Of a DNA stretch of 64,000 bases, positions 50,501 to 59,029 are shown one piece after another. The stretch comes from Candidatus Zixiibacteriota bacterium. Its GTDB lineage: Bacteria; Zixibacteria; MSB-5A5; UBA10806; 4484-95. How positions within the stretch are numbered: position 1 is the first letter of the stretch; each line of letters begins with the position of its first letter. A model generated the notes under the pieces. It had not been told where the DNA came from. It did no database searches and was given only the letters and a program-made list of their open reading frames with translations. Made by a program: the position numbers and the translations under genes. The DNA is taken from contig JBBIRK010000002.1 of NCBI GenBank assembly GCA_037441845.1, positions 64,001 to 128,000 of the forward strand. The letters are read 5' to 3'.

Positions 50501-52096
50501 TTACTGATTATATCTTTGCTTATACGAACTGCGGAGCGCCTCGGCCTCCTTTGGCGATAATCCCATCAGCCAAAGATGTTCGTCTTGGGTGAGGAACTCC
50601 TCGATTTTCCTTTGGTATTTCGCTTTCAAAGCCGGGCTCTTCAGCTCAGCCGTCTTTACCACCTCGGGAAGGAATTCCGTATAGAAATGCTTGGATACTT
50701 CATACATTCCGTGCCAGTGGGTATAGTCCGGCCCCATCATACTCGCCCCATGGCGCGCCCGCCTGCCTTCGTGATGCCAGAGTTCGTAGAATATCCATTG
50801 CAGGTCATGCTCGAAAGGCGCATCCGCTTTCAGAGCACCGTCCGCCAAAAGCTCATTCATGAATTGCTGCGCCGGCCTGGCGAACTTGTCGTTGTAAAGC
50901 GTGACCAAATCGTCATATTGCTTATAGAAATTATCGACATAGGTGTCATTATGGCAATTCAAACAGACGCCCTTCATGCTCTCCCGCCGGTCCTTCCAGG
51001 TGATTATTTTCGCCACAGCGCGTTCCACCTCGCGATTGACCAGCTTTTCGTTTTCCACGAACTTTTCGATCGTCTTCACCTTATCCCCGATTGCCGGCAA
51101 CGCTCTGCCTTCGGGGTAATCTTCTTTGAATCCATCCTCGTAAATCACCAAATTCAATTTGGTGCTGATGACCGGCCTCAAGGTCCAGCTTATCCTTTCC
51201 CCCACGTCGTGCGAATTGCCCACGGCTATCCCTTGCGGCGTCATGTAGCTTGAAATATGGCAGGTGGCGCAGGTGGGAGCGGCCGAGTAATCCCGCCCGA
51301 GAACCCAATCGCCGTCCTTGTCGAGCGCCATTCGATCGCGATTGGCGTAAAATGCGATTCCATGCTTGGATTCGTTGTAGATTTCGATTTGCGGATGATC
51401 GGGACCCATGTGGCATTTGCCGCAATTCTCCGGCGATCGCGACAATTTCGCCTGGAAAGCGTGCCGCGAGTGACAAGCATGACACGACCCTTTCGATCCA
51501 TCGGGATTCAATCTCCCCATGCCGCTGTTGGGCCAGGTGTTCGGATCGATGACCGGCTTGTTTTCCTTGCCCGTCCTCAGGATCTCGCCGTTATCGTCGC
51601 GGGCGAATTTGACGATCGCCCCGTGGCATTGCCAGCAGCCGTTGACCGCATCGGCGATATTTCCCGGCTTGCCGGCCACTTTCTCAGCCAATACGTTGTC
51701 GAGGCTGGCTAAAATCTCCCCTGCGCGGGCGTGATGACTCTTGGAAAATTCGTCGTATTCACGGCTGTGACATTTCGCGCAATCGATCGGCGTAACCAAA
51801 GCCGATATATACACACCCTCATGCTGCCAGGCGTCGATATCGGTCTTTTGCGCGCTATGGCAATCGATACAGCCGACACCCAGTTGAGCATGGCGCGATA
51901 TTTCCCATTCTTGAACCAGCGCCGGTGCGTCTTTGCGATGGCAATCGATACAGCCCTTATTGGCTCCAGTGATCACCGGCGTCTCGCCGGCTTCTATCCG
52001 ATGCCGGCGTGATTCTTGATAGGCGACCAGAAGCAACGCCGCCAGAAAGAAAACCGAAAGTATCGCCACCACGTATCTTTTGGCATTAAGAGTCAT
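50501..52096 (-). CDS. Octaheme cytochrome c of the hydroxylamine oxidoreductase family (probably reductive type)
   Basis: Eight CxxCH motifs, CHMGPDHPQIEIY..SKHG, C-terminal MMGPDYTHWHG; N-terminal TM anchor. Confidence 0.9.
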   Translation of the reverse strand: MTLNAKRYVVAILSVFFLAALLLVAYQESRRHRIEAGETPVITGANKGCIDCHRKDAPALVQEWEISRHAQLGVGCIDCHSAQKTDIDAWQHEGVYISALVTPIDCAKCHSREYDEFSKSHHARAGEILASLDNVLAEKVAGKPGNIADAVNGCWQCHGAIVKFARDDNGEILRTGKENKPVIDPNTWPNSGMGRLNPDGSKGSCHACHSRHAFQAKLSRSPENCGKCHMGPDHPQIEIYNESKHGIAFYANRDRMALDKDGDWVLGRDYSAAPTCATCHISSYMTPQGIAVGNSHDVGERISWTLRPVISTKLNLVIYEDGFKEDYPEGRALPAIGDKVKTIEKFVENEKLVNREVERAVAKIITWKDRRESMKGVCLNCHNDTYVDNFYKQYDDLVTLYNDKFARPAQQFMNELLADGALKADAPFEHDLQWIFYELWHHEGRRARHGASMMGPDYTHWHGMYEVSKHFYTEFLPEVVKTAELKSPALKAKYQRKIEEFLTQDEHLWLMGLSPKEAEALRSSYKQRYNQ

Positions 52097-52124
52097 TTCA
52101 ATATCTCCTTCCGTTCGGTCTTGG

Positions 52125-53183
52125 TCATGCTAAACTCTCCCACACGGTCAGCACCAGGAAAAGCAAGAATACGATCACCCCTATAACCACCGTGAATATT
52201 TCACTTAACTTGAACTTGCGCGAAAGCCATTGTTCGATGAAAGGCCAGAAAAAGATCCCGCCCATAATCAACATCGTGGCCACCACCGACACTTTAAGCG
52301 AGGTCATTTTCAGAAGTCGAAAATTGAAATAAAAAAACCATTCGGGTTTGATATGCGCGGGCGTCACCGCGGGATCGGCCGGTTCCCCGAGTCCTGCGGG
52401 AAACACCAGCGCGAATATGGTCAATATGTACATCAACAATACCCCGATCGCCAGCTCGGTCGTTACGTGATCCGGCCAGAAACGGAAATGGCTCTGTTCC
52501 GCTGTCACCGATTCGCCCTCGAACCGCAGCTCCGTAACCCCCTGAAGTCGAATCAATAAAATATGCAAAGCCAGCAATATGAACATAACCGTCGGCAACA
52601 CCCCTATATGCAAGATATAAAACCGCGTTAGAGTATTTTCTCCTACCACGGGGCCGCCCCTCAGAAAATAAGCCACAGTCGACCCGATTAGCGGAATCGC
52701 CTCGGCCAGGTTGCAGGCCACGGTCGCGCCCCAGAAACTTTGCTGCTGGAAAATCAACGAATAGCCGGTGAATCCGAAGGTCACGGTGGTGAGCAACAGG
52801 GCGACACCTATCAGCCAGTTCAATTGCCTCGGATGACGATAGGCGCCGGTCAAAAATACCCTGAGCATATGCAACAGAACCGCCACGATCATGAAATTCG
52901 CCGACCATTTATGCAGCGAACGGATAAACCAGCCGAATCGGATTTCATGGGTAATCGTGGCCACGGTTTGATAGGCGTATTCCGCCGAGGGCACATAGTA
53001 AAATGTCAGCGCGATACCGGTGATCACCTGGACGATGAATAAATACAAAACCGTGCCGCCCAGGCAGAACCACCACTTTTTCAAATGATATGGAACCGGC
53101 TCGGCTCCCGCATGTCGCAAGAGCTCCCAGTCGAACGGAAACATCTCCTTCAGCGAGGTTACGATTTTTCTCGGCGACCTCAT
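52125..53183 (-). CDS. Cytochrome b of a Rieske/cytb complex (fused b6 + subunit IV type)
   Basis: FCLGG, RSLHKWSA...HMLR, TRFYILH...H, IKPEWF. Confidence 0.92.
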   Translation of the reverse strand: MRSPRKIVTSLKEMFPFDWELLRHAGAEPVPYHLKKWWFCLGGTVLYLFIVQVITGIALTFYYVPSAEYAYQTVATITHEIRFGWFIRSLHKWSANFMIVAVLLHMLRVFLTGAYRHPRQLNWLIGVALLLTTVTFGFTGYSLIFQQQSFWGATVACNLAEAIPLIGSTVAYFLRGGPVVGENTLTRFYILHIGVLPTVMFILLALHILLIRLQGVTELRFEGESVTAEQSHFRFWPDHVTTELAIGVLLMYILTIFALVFPAGLGEPADPAVTPAHIKPEWFFYFNFRLLKMTSLKVSVVATMLIMGGIFFWPFIEQWLSRKFKLSEIFTVVIGVIVFLLFLVLTVWESLA

Positions 53184-53659
53184 ACTTTTCCCCCGACGCT
53201 GACATCGTCCACCTCGATATAAACGACACCGCTCGTCTCATCTACGGTGACGACCACTTCGTCAAGTCTTTGTCCGGCGTCGCCCGGAGGACCGGCGATC
53301 GCTTTTCCGCTCGGGTCGAAAACTCCGTTGTGACAAGGGCAGAAAAACCGGCTGTTTTCTTCTTCCCAATGGACACTGCAGCCCAAATGCGGACAGCGCG
53401 AACTGAATGCTTTGAATCCGGATTCATCGCGCTTGACAAGGATTACTTTCCCTTGAAGGTCGTAAAATTGCCTTACCTTGCCCACTTCATATTGATCTAT
53501 ATTGCCGGCGAAAAGCTTGCGTTTCTTGACCCCGGTCCGTTGAGGCATCAGAAACAACGCACCCTGAACTCCCAACAAACCGTAGCTTAAGAGTATTCCC
53601 GCCCCGGCCAAAAGCGAGGCCAACCACTGGCGCCGATTAAGCGGCTTCGATTCTTCCAT
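53180..53659 (-). CDS. Rieske iron-sulfur protein
   Basis: Tat-like NRRQWL + TM; CPHLGC and CPCH boxes. Confidence 0.93.
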   Translation of the reverse strand: MEESKPLNRRQWLASLLAGAGILLSYGLLGVQGALFLMPQRTGVKKRKLFAGNIDQYEVGKVRQFYDLQGKVILVKRDESGFKAFSSRCPHLGCSVHWEEENSRFFCPCHNGVFDPSGKAIAGPPGDAGQRLDEVVVTVDETSGVVYIEVDDVSVGGKV

Positions 53660-53806
53660 ATCGTGACCTCCGGAAAACGCCCGCATTTTCGGGCTTTGGC
53701 GATCTTTGTAGTTTATTCGAGATCATTCAGCTCTATCATTTTCAGCCGCCTTCGTGGAACTAATGCAACCGCTTGTGATATTGTATTATTTCCTATCGCT
53801 AAGTCT

Positions 53807-53820
53807 TTGACTTAAGTCAA
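53807..53820. promoter_or_regulatory. Crp/Fnr-type binding site
   Basis: Perfect palindrome TTGAC-TTAA-GTCAA centred about 41 bp upstream of the start predicted from TACAAT (53780-53785, minus strand). Confidence 0.7.
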
Positions 53821-53826
53821 TCTTTC

Positions 53827-54501
53827 TCATTTTTCTCCGCGGGCCAACATTTCGAGCGCCGCCGGATTCAGCACTCGAATTGCGCTCCTCTCCACCCTTA
53901 TAACCCCGGCCGTGCTCAATTTTCTAAGATTGCGGGAAAGCGTTTCGCCGACCGTGCCCAGTTTTTTCGCCCACTCCGATTTAGTCATATCCAATTTTAT
54001 GATGTTTCCACCGCCGGCACGGCATCTTTCGATCAAACTCGCCGCTATTCTTGCGGACACATCTTTCAAGGCAAGATTGTCGATCAATTGGCTCATTATC
54101 CGAAGGTGGCTGCAGAGCGCCTGAATCATCTTCAATCCGACCGCCGGCGATTTCGCCAGAAGCCGCAAAAATGCGTCGCGCGGACAAAACAGCACTACCG
54201 AATCCGCCTGTGCGATACAATTGGCCGGATACTGCCGCCCGTCGAACATCGCGACCTCCCCGAAAATCTCCCCCGACTGCGCCAATCGGATAATGACCTC
54301 ACGACCTTCCGCCGACGACTTGAATATCCTCACCTTGCCATCGAGCAAAACAAAAAACCCGGTCGCTTCGTCCCCCTCCATGAAAAGCATCTGGCCGCGC
54401 GACAACCTTCGAACGGACGTGGCATGGGCGAGATTTGCCAATTCCTTTTTCTCCAATCCGGCGAATAGATGGCAGTTTTCCAGGAGAGTCGTTGTCCTCA
54501 T
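53827..54501 (-). CDS. Crp/Fnr family regulator (HcpR/Dnr-like)
   Basis: LF.EGD, G.V...K...GRE, FGEVAMF, HTH GT..ETLSR; no N-terminal FNR Cys cluster. Confidence 0.9.
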   Translation of the reverse strand: MRTTTLLENCHLFAGLEKKELANLAHATSVRRLSRGQMLFMEGDEATGFFVLLDGKVRIFKSSAEGREVIIRLAQSGEIFGEVAMFDGRQYPANCIAQADSVVLFCPRDAFLRLLAKSPAVGLKMIQALCSHLRIMSQLIDNLALKDVSARIAASLIERCRAGGGNIIKLDMTKSEWAKKLGTVGETLSRNLRKLSTAGVIRVERSAIRVLNPAALEMLARGEK

Positions 54502-54561
54502 CCGTATCTTTATAAATCATATTTGTATCGGTTTCCAGCATTTTATTATAGCGACAGAAAT

Positions 54562-54588
54562 AAAAAAACCCGGGGCGGTTACCCCGGG
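54562..54588 (-). terminator. Intrinsic terminator
   Basis: Minus strand cccggggtaaccgccccggg-ttttttt. Confidence 0.75.
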
Positions 54589-54611
54589 CTACCCCACGGC
54601 AATAAGCGTGT

Positions 54612-55466
54612 TTATTTTAGCAGCATCATCTCCCTGGTTTGAACGAAATCCCCAGCGCTTAACCTATAAAAATACGCCCCCGAGGGAACCGGCTCGCCCG
54701 AATCGTTGGTACCATTCCACGAAAATGTGTGAGTTCCCGCCCCCAATGTCCCCGAGTAAATGGTATTTATTTTTTGTCCAAGAAGATTGAACACTTCGAG
54801 CGACACCCGACCCGATTGCGGTATGAGAAATTCTATGTTCGTAGTAGGATTGAATGGATTCGGAAAATTCTGCTTCAAAATATAGTCGGTCGGCAAACCC
54901 GACACGTCGTCTATCCCGGTTCCCACACCGTAATTGAACGAACCCGGCACGATTCTCGGCGTGAAACTGTTCGCGCCGTCCGGCATACCGAAATTGGCGC
55001 TTCCCGCGCGCCGATCGCGGGTAGTATCTATGGTCACTATCTGCCTGACCGCAGTCGGCCTGATCTTGAAAATCATTTCCATGCCGACCACTCGTTGCAA
55101 TCCTGTATAAAGCGGCGGATTATCCGGTCCGCCCAGATCGGACCAGCCGATTATGCTGGCGAAATTGCTGTCCTGGCTGATTCTATACCAAGTGTCATCC
55201 CAGCCGCTGAACGCCTCACGCCAAAGTATCGAGTCAAGATAAATCTGGTCATCGGTCGACGTCCACATCGTGGGCAACGTGAAATCGCTCACCGAGTCAT
55301 CGGTCACGAAATTAACTTCGACCACCACTCGCGACCAGTTTCCCGGATTATAAGGGACGTAAATGCCGCTTTGATAAATGACCGTATCCGGAACCCCCGG
55401 ATCCACTGCATATGCCGATAGGGCCAGCATGGCAACCATTAAAGAGACTACTGCTGATGCTTTCAT
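54612..55466 (-). CDS. Secreted cohesin-like domain + FlgD-Ig/T9SS-type CTD protein (paralog 4)
   Basis: Signal peptide, DPG..DT, FVTDDS, DLGG.DNPPL; CTD QNFPNPFNP.T.I...GAYFYRL. Confidence 0.8.
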   Translation of the reverse strand: MKASAVVSLMVAMLALSAYAVDPGVPDTVIYQSGIYVPYNPGNWSRVVVEVNFVTDDSVSDFTLPTMWTSTDDQIYLDSILWREAFSGWDDTWYRISQDSNFASIIGWSDLGGPDNPPLYTGLQRVVGMEMIFKIRPTAVRQIVTIDTTRDRRAGSANFGMPDGANSFTPRIVPGSFNYGVGTGIDDVSGLPTDYILKQNFPNPFNPTTNIEFLIPQSGRVSLEVFNLLGQKINTIYSGTLGAGTHTFSWNGTNDSGEPVPSGAYFYRLSAGDFVQTREMMLLK

Positions 55467-55858
55467 CGAGGAAACCTCCCTGCTATGGCTAATGCCCAAA
55501 GCATGATATTATTTTCATTAACCATCCTTGTCAAAAATCGTTCCCAAAATCAAATTGATTGTGGCCATGCCTACCCATTCGGCAAGTATGGGAACTTTCC
55601 CATAATCGTCGCGATAACTTGATTTTCATGAACGAAATATCATTCAGATGCATTCCTTGCCGCCGTTTAATTCAATCTACCAGGCTTGTGATTGCTTGAT
55701 TAATTTAAGGGATAGCACGGCCGTTTTTCTTAATTTCAGTAAAACTTATGAAAATCGGTGCAGTCTGTGCGAATAATTTCGTAGCTCGGAAACGAAAACG
55801 CCGCTCATCGATGCCATCAGAATCGAATTCGATTTATCAGCCAAAGATATGCTGGTTT

Positions 55859-56716
55859 TCAGCGAAGCAGAATCATCGTTTTTGTCTCAACGAAACCGCC
55901 GGCGGTTAACCGATAGAAATAAACCCCCGAGGGCATCACGGCGCCGGATTCGTTGCGGCCGTCCCAACGAACGGTGTAGAAACCTGCCTCCCGCTTCCCC
56001 CCGACAAGAGTGATTACTTTCTGACCCAGAAGGTTATATATCTCGAGCGCAACCTCGGCGGATATCGGCAACTGGAAATCTATACTCGTCTCTGGATTGA
56101 ACGGATTAGGATAATTCCGGCCAAGCGCGAATTCCTCGGGCAGCGGGCTATCCTCGCCATCAACACCCGTCGGATACTGATATCTGATAAAACCGCTTCT
56201 GAATGCGGGCACGAACGAATACCATCCGTGGGGACCTCCGAAATCTATCGCCCCGTTTATCGGATCGGTAGTGGTATCGATAACTACGAACTGCTGGCAT
56301 TCGGCTCCTTGAAGTATCACGAAACGGAGATCCATCCCCCATAACCTTTGCCCATTGGTCAATAGCGGCGGATTATCGTCTCCGCCGATATCGGCGAAAG
56401 CTATTTGCCTCAGCAAGTTTTGGGCTAACAAAAGAGTATCGTAACAATCATCCCATTCGGTAAACGTCTCCCGCCAAACCGTACGTCCCGGAAAAATCCT
56501 GCCGTCCGTCGAGGTCCAGCGCAGCGGCAGATTCACCCAGACGATCGAATCATCGGTGACGAACCATACGTGCACGTAAACCGTGCCGCCGTTAGGCATG
56601 CATTCAACGTTAATAGTGTCTATTATGACGCTGTCTCGCGCCCCCGGATCCTGCGCATAGGCAGCCAAGGTCAATCCGATTATCATCACCATCGCCACAT
56701 ACATTAATTTATTCAT
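55859..56716 (-). CDS. Secreted cohesin-like domain + CTD protein (paralog 3)
   Basis: Same architecture; NYPNPFNPET...SGVYFYRL. Confidence 0.8.
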   Translation of the reverse strand: MNKLMYVAMVMIIGLTLAAYAQDPGARDSVIIDTINVECMPNGGTVYVHVWFVTDDSIVWVNLPLRWTSTDGRIFPGRTVWRETFTEWDDCYDTLLLAQNLLRQIAFADIGGDDNPPLLTNGQRLWGMDLRFVILQGAECQQFVVIDTTTDPINGAIDFGGPHGWYSFVPAFRSGFIRYQYPTGVDGEDSPLPEEFALGRNYPNPFNPETSIDFQLPISAEVALEIYNLLGQKVITLVGGKREAGFYTVRWDGRNESGAVMPSGVYFYRLTAGGFVETKTMILLR

Positions 56717-56837
56717 TGGCGCTCCTTGCCGGATTATTATAGCATTCCCTAAAAGGTCAATATCCCTCGATGGAGTTCCATCCAATTGTCTTACAACGTT
56801 ATTTTAATCTCCCCTTAAGGAGATTGTCAAGCGCAAT

Positions 56838-57247
56838 AAAAAAACACCACGCCGAATTCGACGTGGTGTTGAGGTTGATCGTAATCGCCGGGCTATCGAT
56901 TCAAAAGCCCCCGCCATCATTCCTCAGCGAAGCATTATCATCTTGTTGGTCTTGACGAAATCGCCGGCCGTCATCCGATAAAAATATACTCCCGACGGCA
57001 CCAAGTCACCCGAATCGTTGGTCCCGTTCCAACGCACCGTATGATAACCCGCCTCACGATAGTCCGATACCAACGTCTTAACCTTCTGACCCAGCAGATT
57101 GTAAACTTCCAACGTTACATTGGTGGCCGAGGGCAGCCGGAATTCGATATTGGTCTCCGGATTGAACGGGTTGGGATAATTCTGCATCAAGGCGATCTCC
57201 GTAGGCAACGCCGTCGGCGTATCTCCGATACCTGTGGCACCGCCGTA
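56838..57247. repeat. Direct repeat copy A (~410 bp; CTD coding region + 3' UTR + terminator)
   Basis: Matches 57906-58315 with one mismatch seen (57227 g vs a); includes the aacaccacg..cgtggtgtt terminator. Confidence 0.9.
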
Positions 57248-57778
57248 CCTGAGAAATCCTCTCTTTAGAGCCGGCACGAAATCATAGTCGCCGCGCGGCC
57301 CGCCGAAACCCACCGTGCCGTTTCTCGGGTCCCTAACGGTATCGACCCAGACGAATTGCGGCGTCGCACCCGGGAATATCACGAACCGCAAATCCATTCC
57401 CCAGAGCCTTTGGCCGGCGGTTAGCAATGGGGGATTATCAGCGCCGCCTACATCGGCAAAAGCGACCTGTCGTAATAGACGTTCGGCGACGAGCAGCGTA
57501 TCGTATCGCTCGTCCCACTGATTAAAAACTTCGCGCCAAACCGTGTGCCCCGGAATTATAAGATTATCCGGCGATGTCCATGTGATAGGCAGATTGACGA
57601 ACATAATCGAATCATCGGTGACGAAATAGACATGGATATAACGGGTTCCTCCGCCGGGCAACAAATCCACGTTTACCGTGTCGATGATCAAACTATCGCG
57701 GGCGCCCGGATCCTGGGCATCGGCGATAGCAGCCGCCGCAAGCACAATTGCCAAAATTATGCTATACCATTTCCTCAT
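56924..57778 (-). CDS. Secreted cohesin-like domain + CTD protein (paralog 2)
   Basis: Same architecture; CTD identical to paralog 1. Confidence 0.82.
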   Translation of the reverse strand: MRKWYSIILAIVLAAAAIADAQDPGARDSLIIDTVNVDLLPGGGTRYIHVYFVTDDSIMFVNLPITWTSPDNLIIPGHTVWREVFNQWDERYDTLLVAERLLRQVAFADVGGADNPPLLTAGQRLWGMDLRFVIFPGATPQFVWVDTVRDPRNGTVGFGGPRGDYDFVPALKRGFLRYGGATGIGDTPTALPTEIALMQNYPNPFNPETNIEFRLPSATNVTLEVYNLLGQKVKTLVSDYREAGYHTVRWNGTNDSGDLVPSGVYFYRMTAGDFVKTNKMIMLR

Positions 57779-57905
57779 CTTTGGCTCCTTTCCAAGAAAT
57801 TACAAGGAAACTACATCCGCCTTTGATATTCCCCGTTGTATATCATCATAATATATAACTATATTAGTTTATAATCCGCTTCATAAAACTGTCAAGAAGA
57901 ATCGA

Positions 57906-58315
57906 AAAAAAACACCACGCCGAATTCGACGTGGTGTTGAGGTTGATCGTAATCGCCGGGCTATCGATTCAAAAGCCCCCGCCATCATTCCTCAGCGAAG
58001 CATTATCATCTTGTTGGTCTTGACGAAATCGCCGGCCGTCATCCGATAAAAATATACTCCCGACGGCACCAAGTCACCCGAATCGTTGGTCCCGTTCCAA
58101 CGCACCGTATGATAACCCGCCTCACGATAGTCCGATACCAACGTCTTAACCTTCTGACCCAGCAGATTGTAAACTTCCAACGTTACATTGGTGGCCGAGG
58201 GCAGCCGGAATTCGATATTGGTCTCCGGATTGAACGGGTTGGGATAATTCTGCATCAAGGCGATCTCCGTAGGCAACGCCGTCGGCGTATCTCCAATACC
58301 TGTGGCACCGCCGTA
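57906..58315. repeat. Direct repeat copy B
   Basis: Offset 1068 bp from copy A. Confidence 0.9.
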
Positions 58316-58846
58316 TCTCAGGTAACCTTTCTTAACCACCGGCCGGAACGACCAATTGCCGTTGGGACCGCCGAAATCGATCGAACCGTTTATGGGGTCG
58401 CGGGTCGTATCGACCCAAACGAACTGCGGCACCGCACCCGGGAATATCACGAAACGCAAATCCATTCCCCAAAGCCGCTGTCCGTTGGTCAAAAGCGGCG
58501 GATTATCGCTTCCACCGATATCAGCCCAGGCCACATGCCGAAGCAATCTCTGGGCAACCAACAGCGTGTCAAAATGATCGTCCCACTGAGTGAAGACCTC
58601 GCGCCAAACCGTGTGGCCGGGTATGATAAGATTATCCGGCGATGTCCAAGTTATAGGCAGATTTACGAACATAATCGAATCATCGGTGACGAAATAGACA
58701 TGGACATAACGGGTTCCTCCACCCGGTAACAAATCCACGTTAATCGTGTCGATGATGACCGTGTCGCGTATGCCTGGATCCTGGGCAAATGCCCCAAAAG
58801 CCATCAACAGCACAAGCCCGGCCGCAACAAAAACCAACCTCTTCAT
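57992..58846 (-). CDS. Secreted cohesin-like domain + CTD protein (paralog 1)
   Basis: Same architecture; upstream TTGACA-N16-TATAAT (58975-58948). Confidence 0.82.
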   Translation of the reverse strand: MKRLVFVAAGLVLLMAFGAFAQDPGIRDTVIIDTINVDLLPGGGTRYVHVYFVTDDSIMFVNLPITWTSPDNLIIPGHTVWREVFTQWDDHFDTLLVAQRLLRHVAWADIGGSDNPPLLTNGQRLWGMDLRFVIFPGAVPQFVWVDTTRDPINGSIDFGGPNGNWSFRPVVKKGYLRYGGATGIGDTPTALPTEIALMQNYPNPFNPETNIEFRLPSATNVTLEVYNLLGQKVKTLVSDYREAGYHTVRWNGTNDSGDLVPSGVYFYRMTAGDFVKTNKMIMLR

Positions 58847-59029
58847 GATAGGCTCCTATTGGTTAAAGTTAAACAAAAGATTCTTTCGCAGCTAAACCCC
58901 TAATCCCAACCGAAAAGCTGGGATTACATACTATCAATTATGTAAATATTATACTTCGTTTTGAAATTATGTCAAGTATTTTTTAAGTCAAAAAATTATA
59001 ATAAATTAGAGGATGTTGAATACCCACTG

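Noticed and set aside
54612..58846. Possible diversity-generating retroelement or CRISPR-like repeats
   Set aside because: No reverse transcriptase or template repeat; differences are not adenine-specific; the repeats are gene-sized paralogs.
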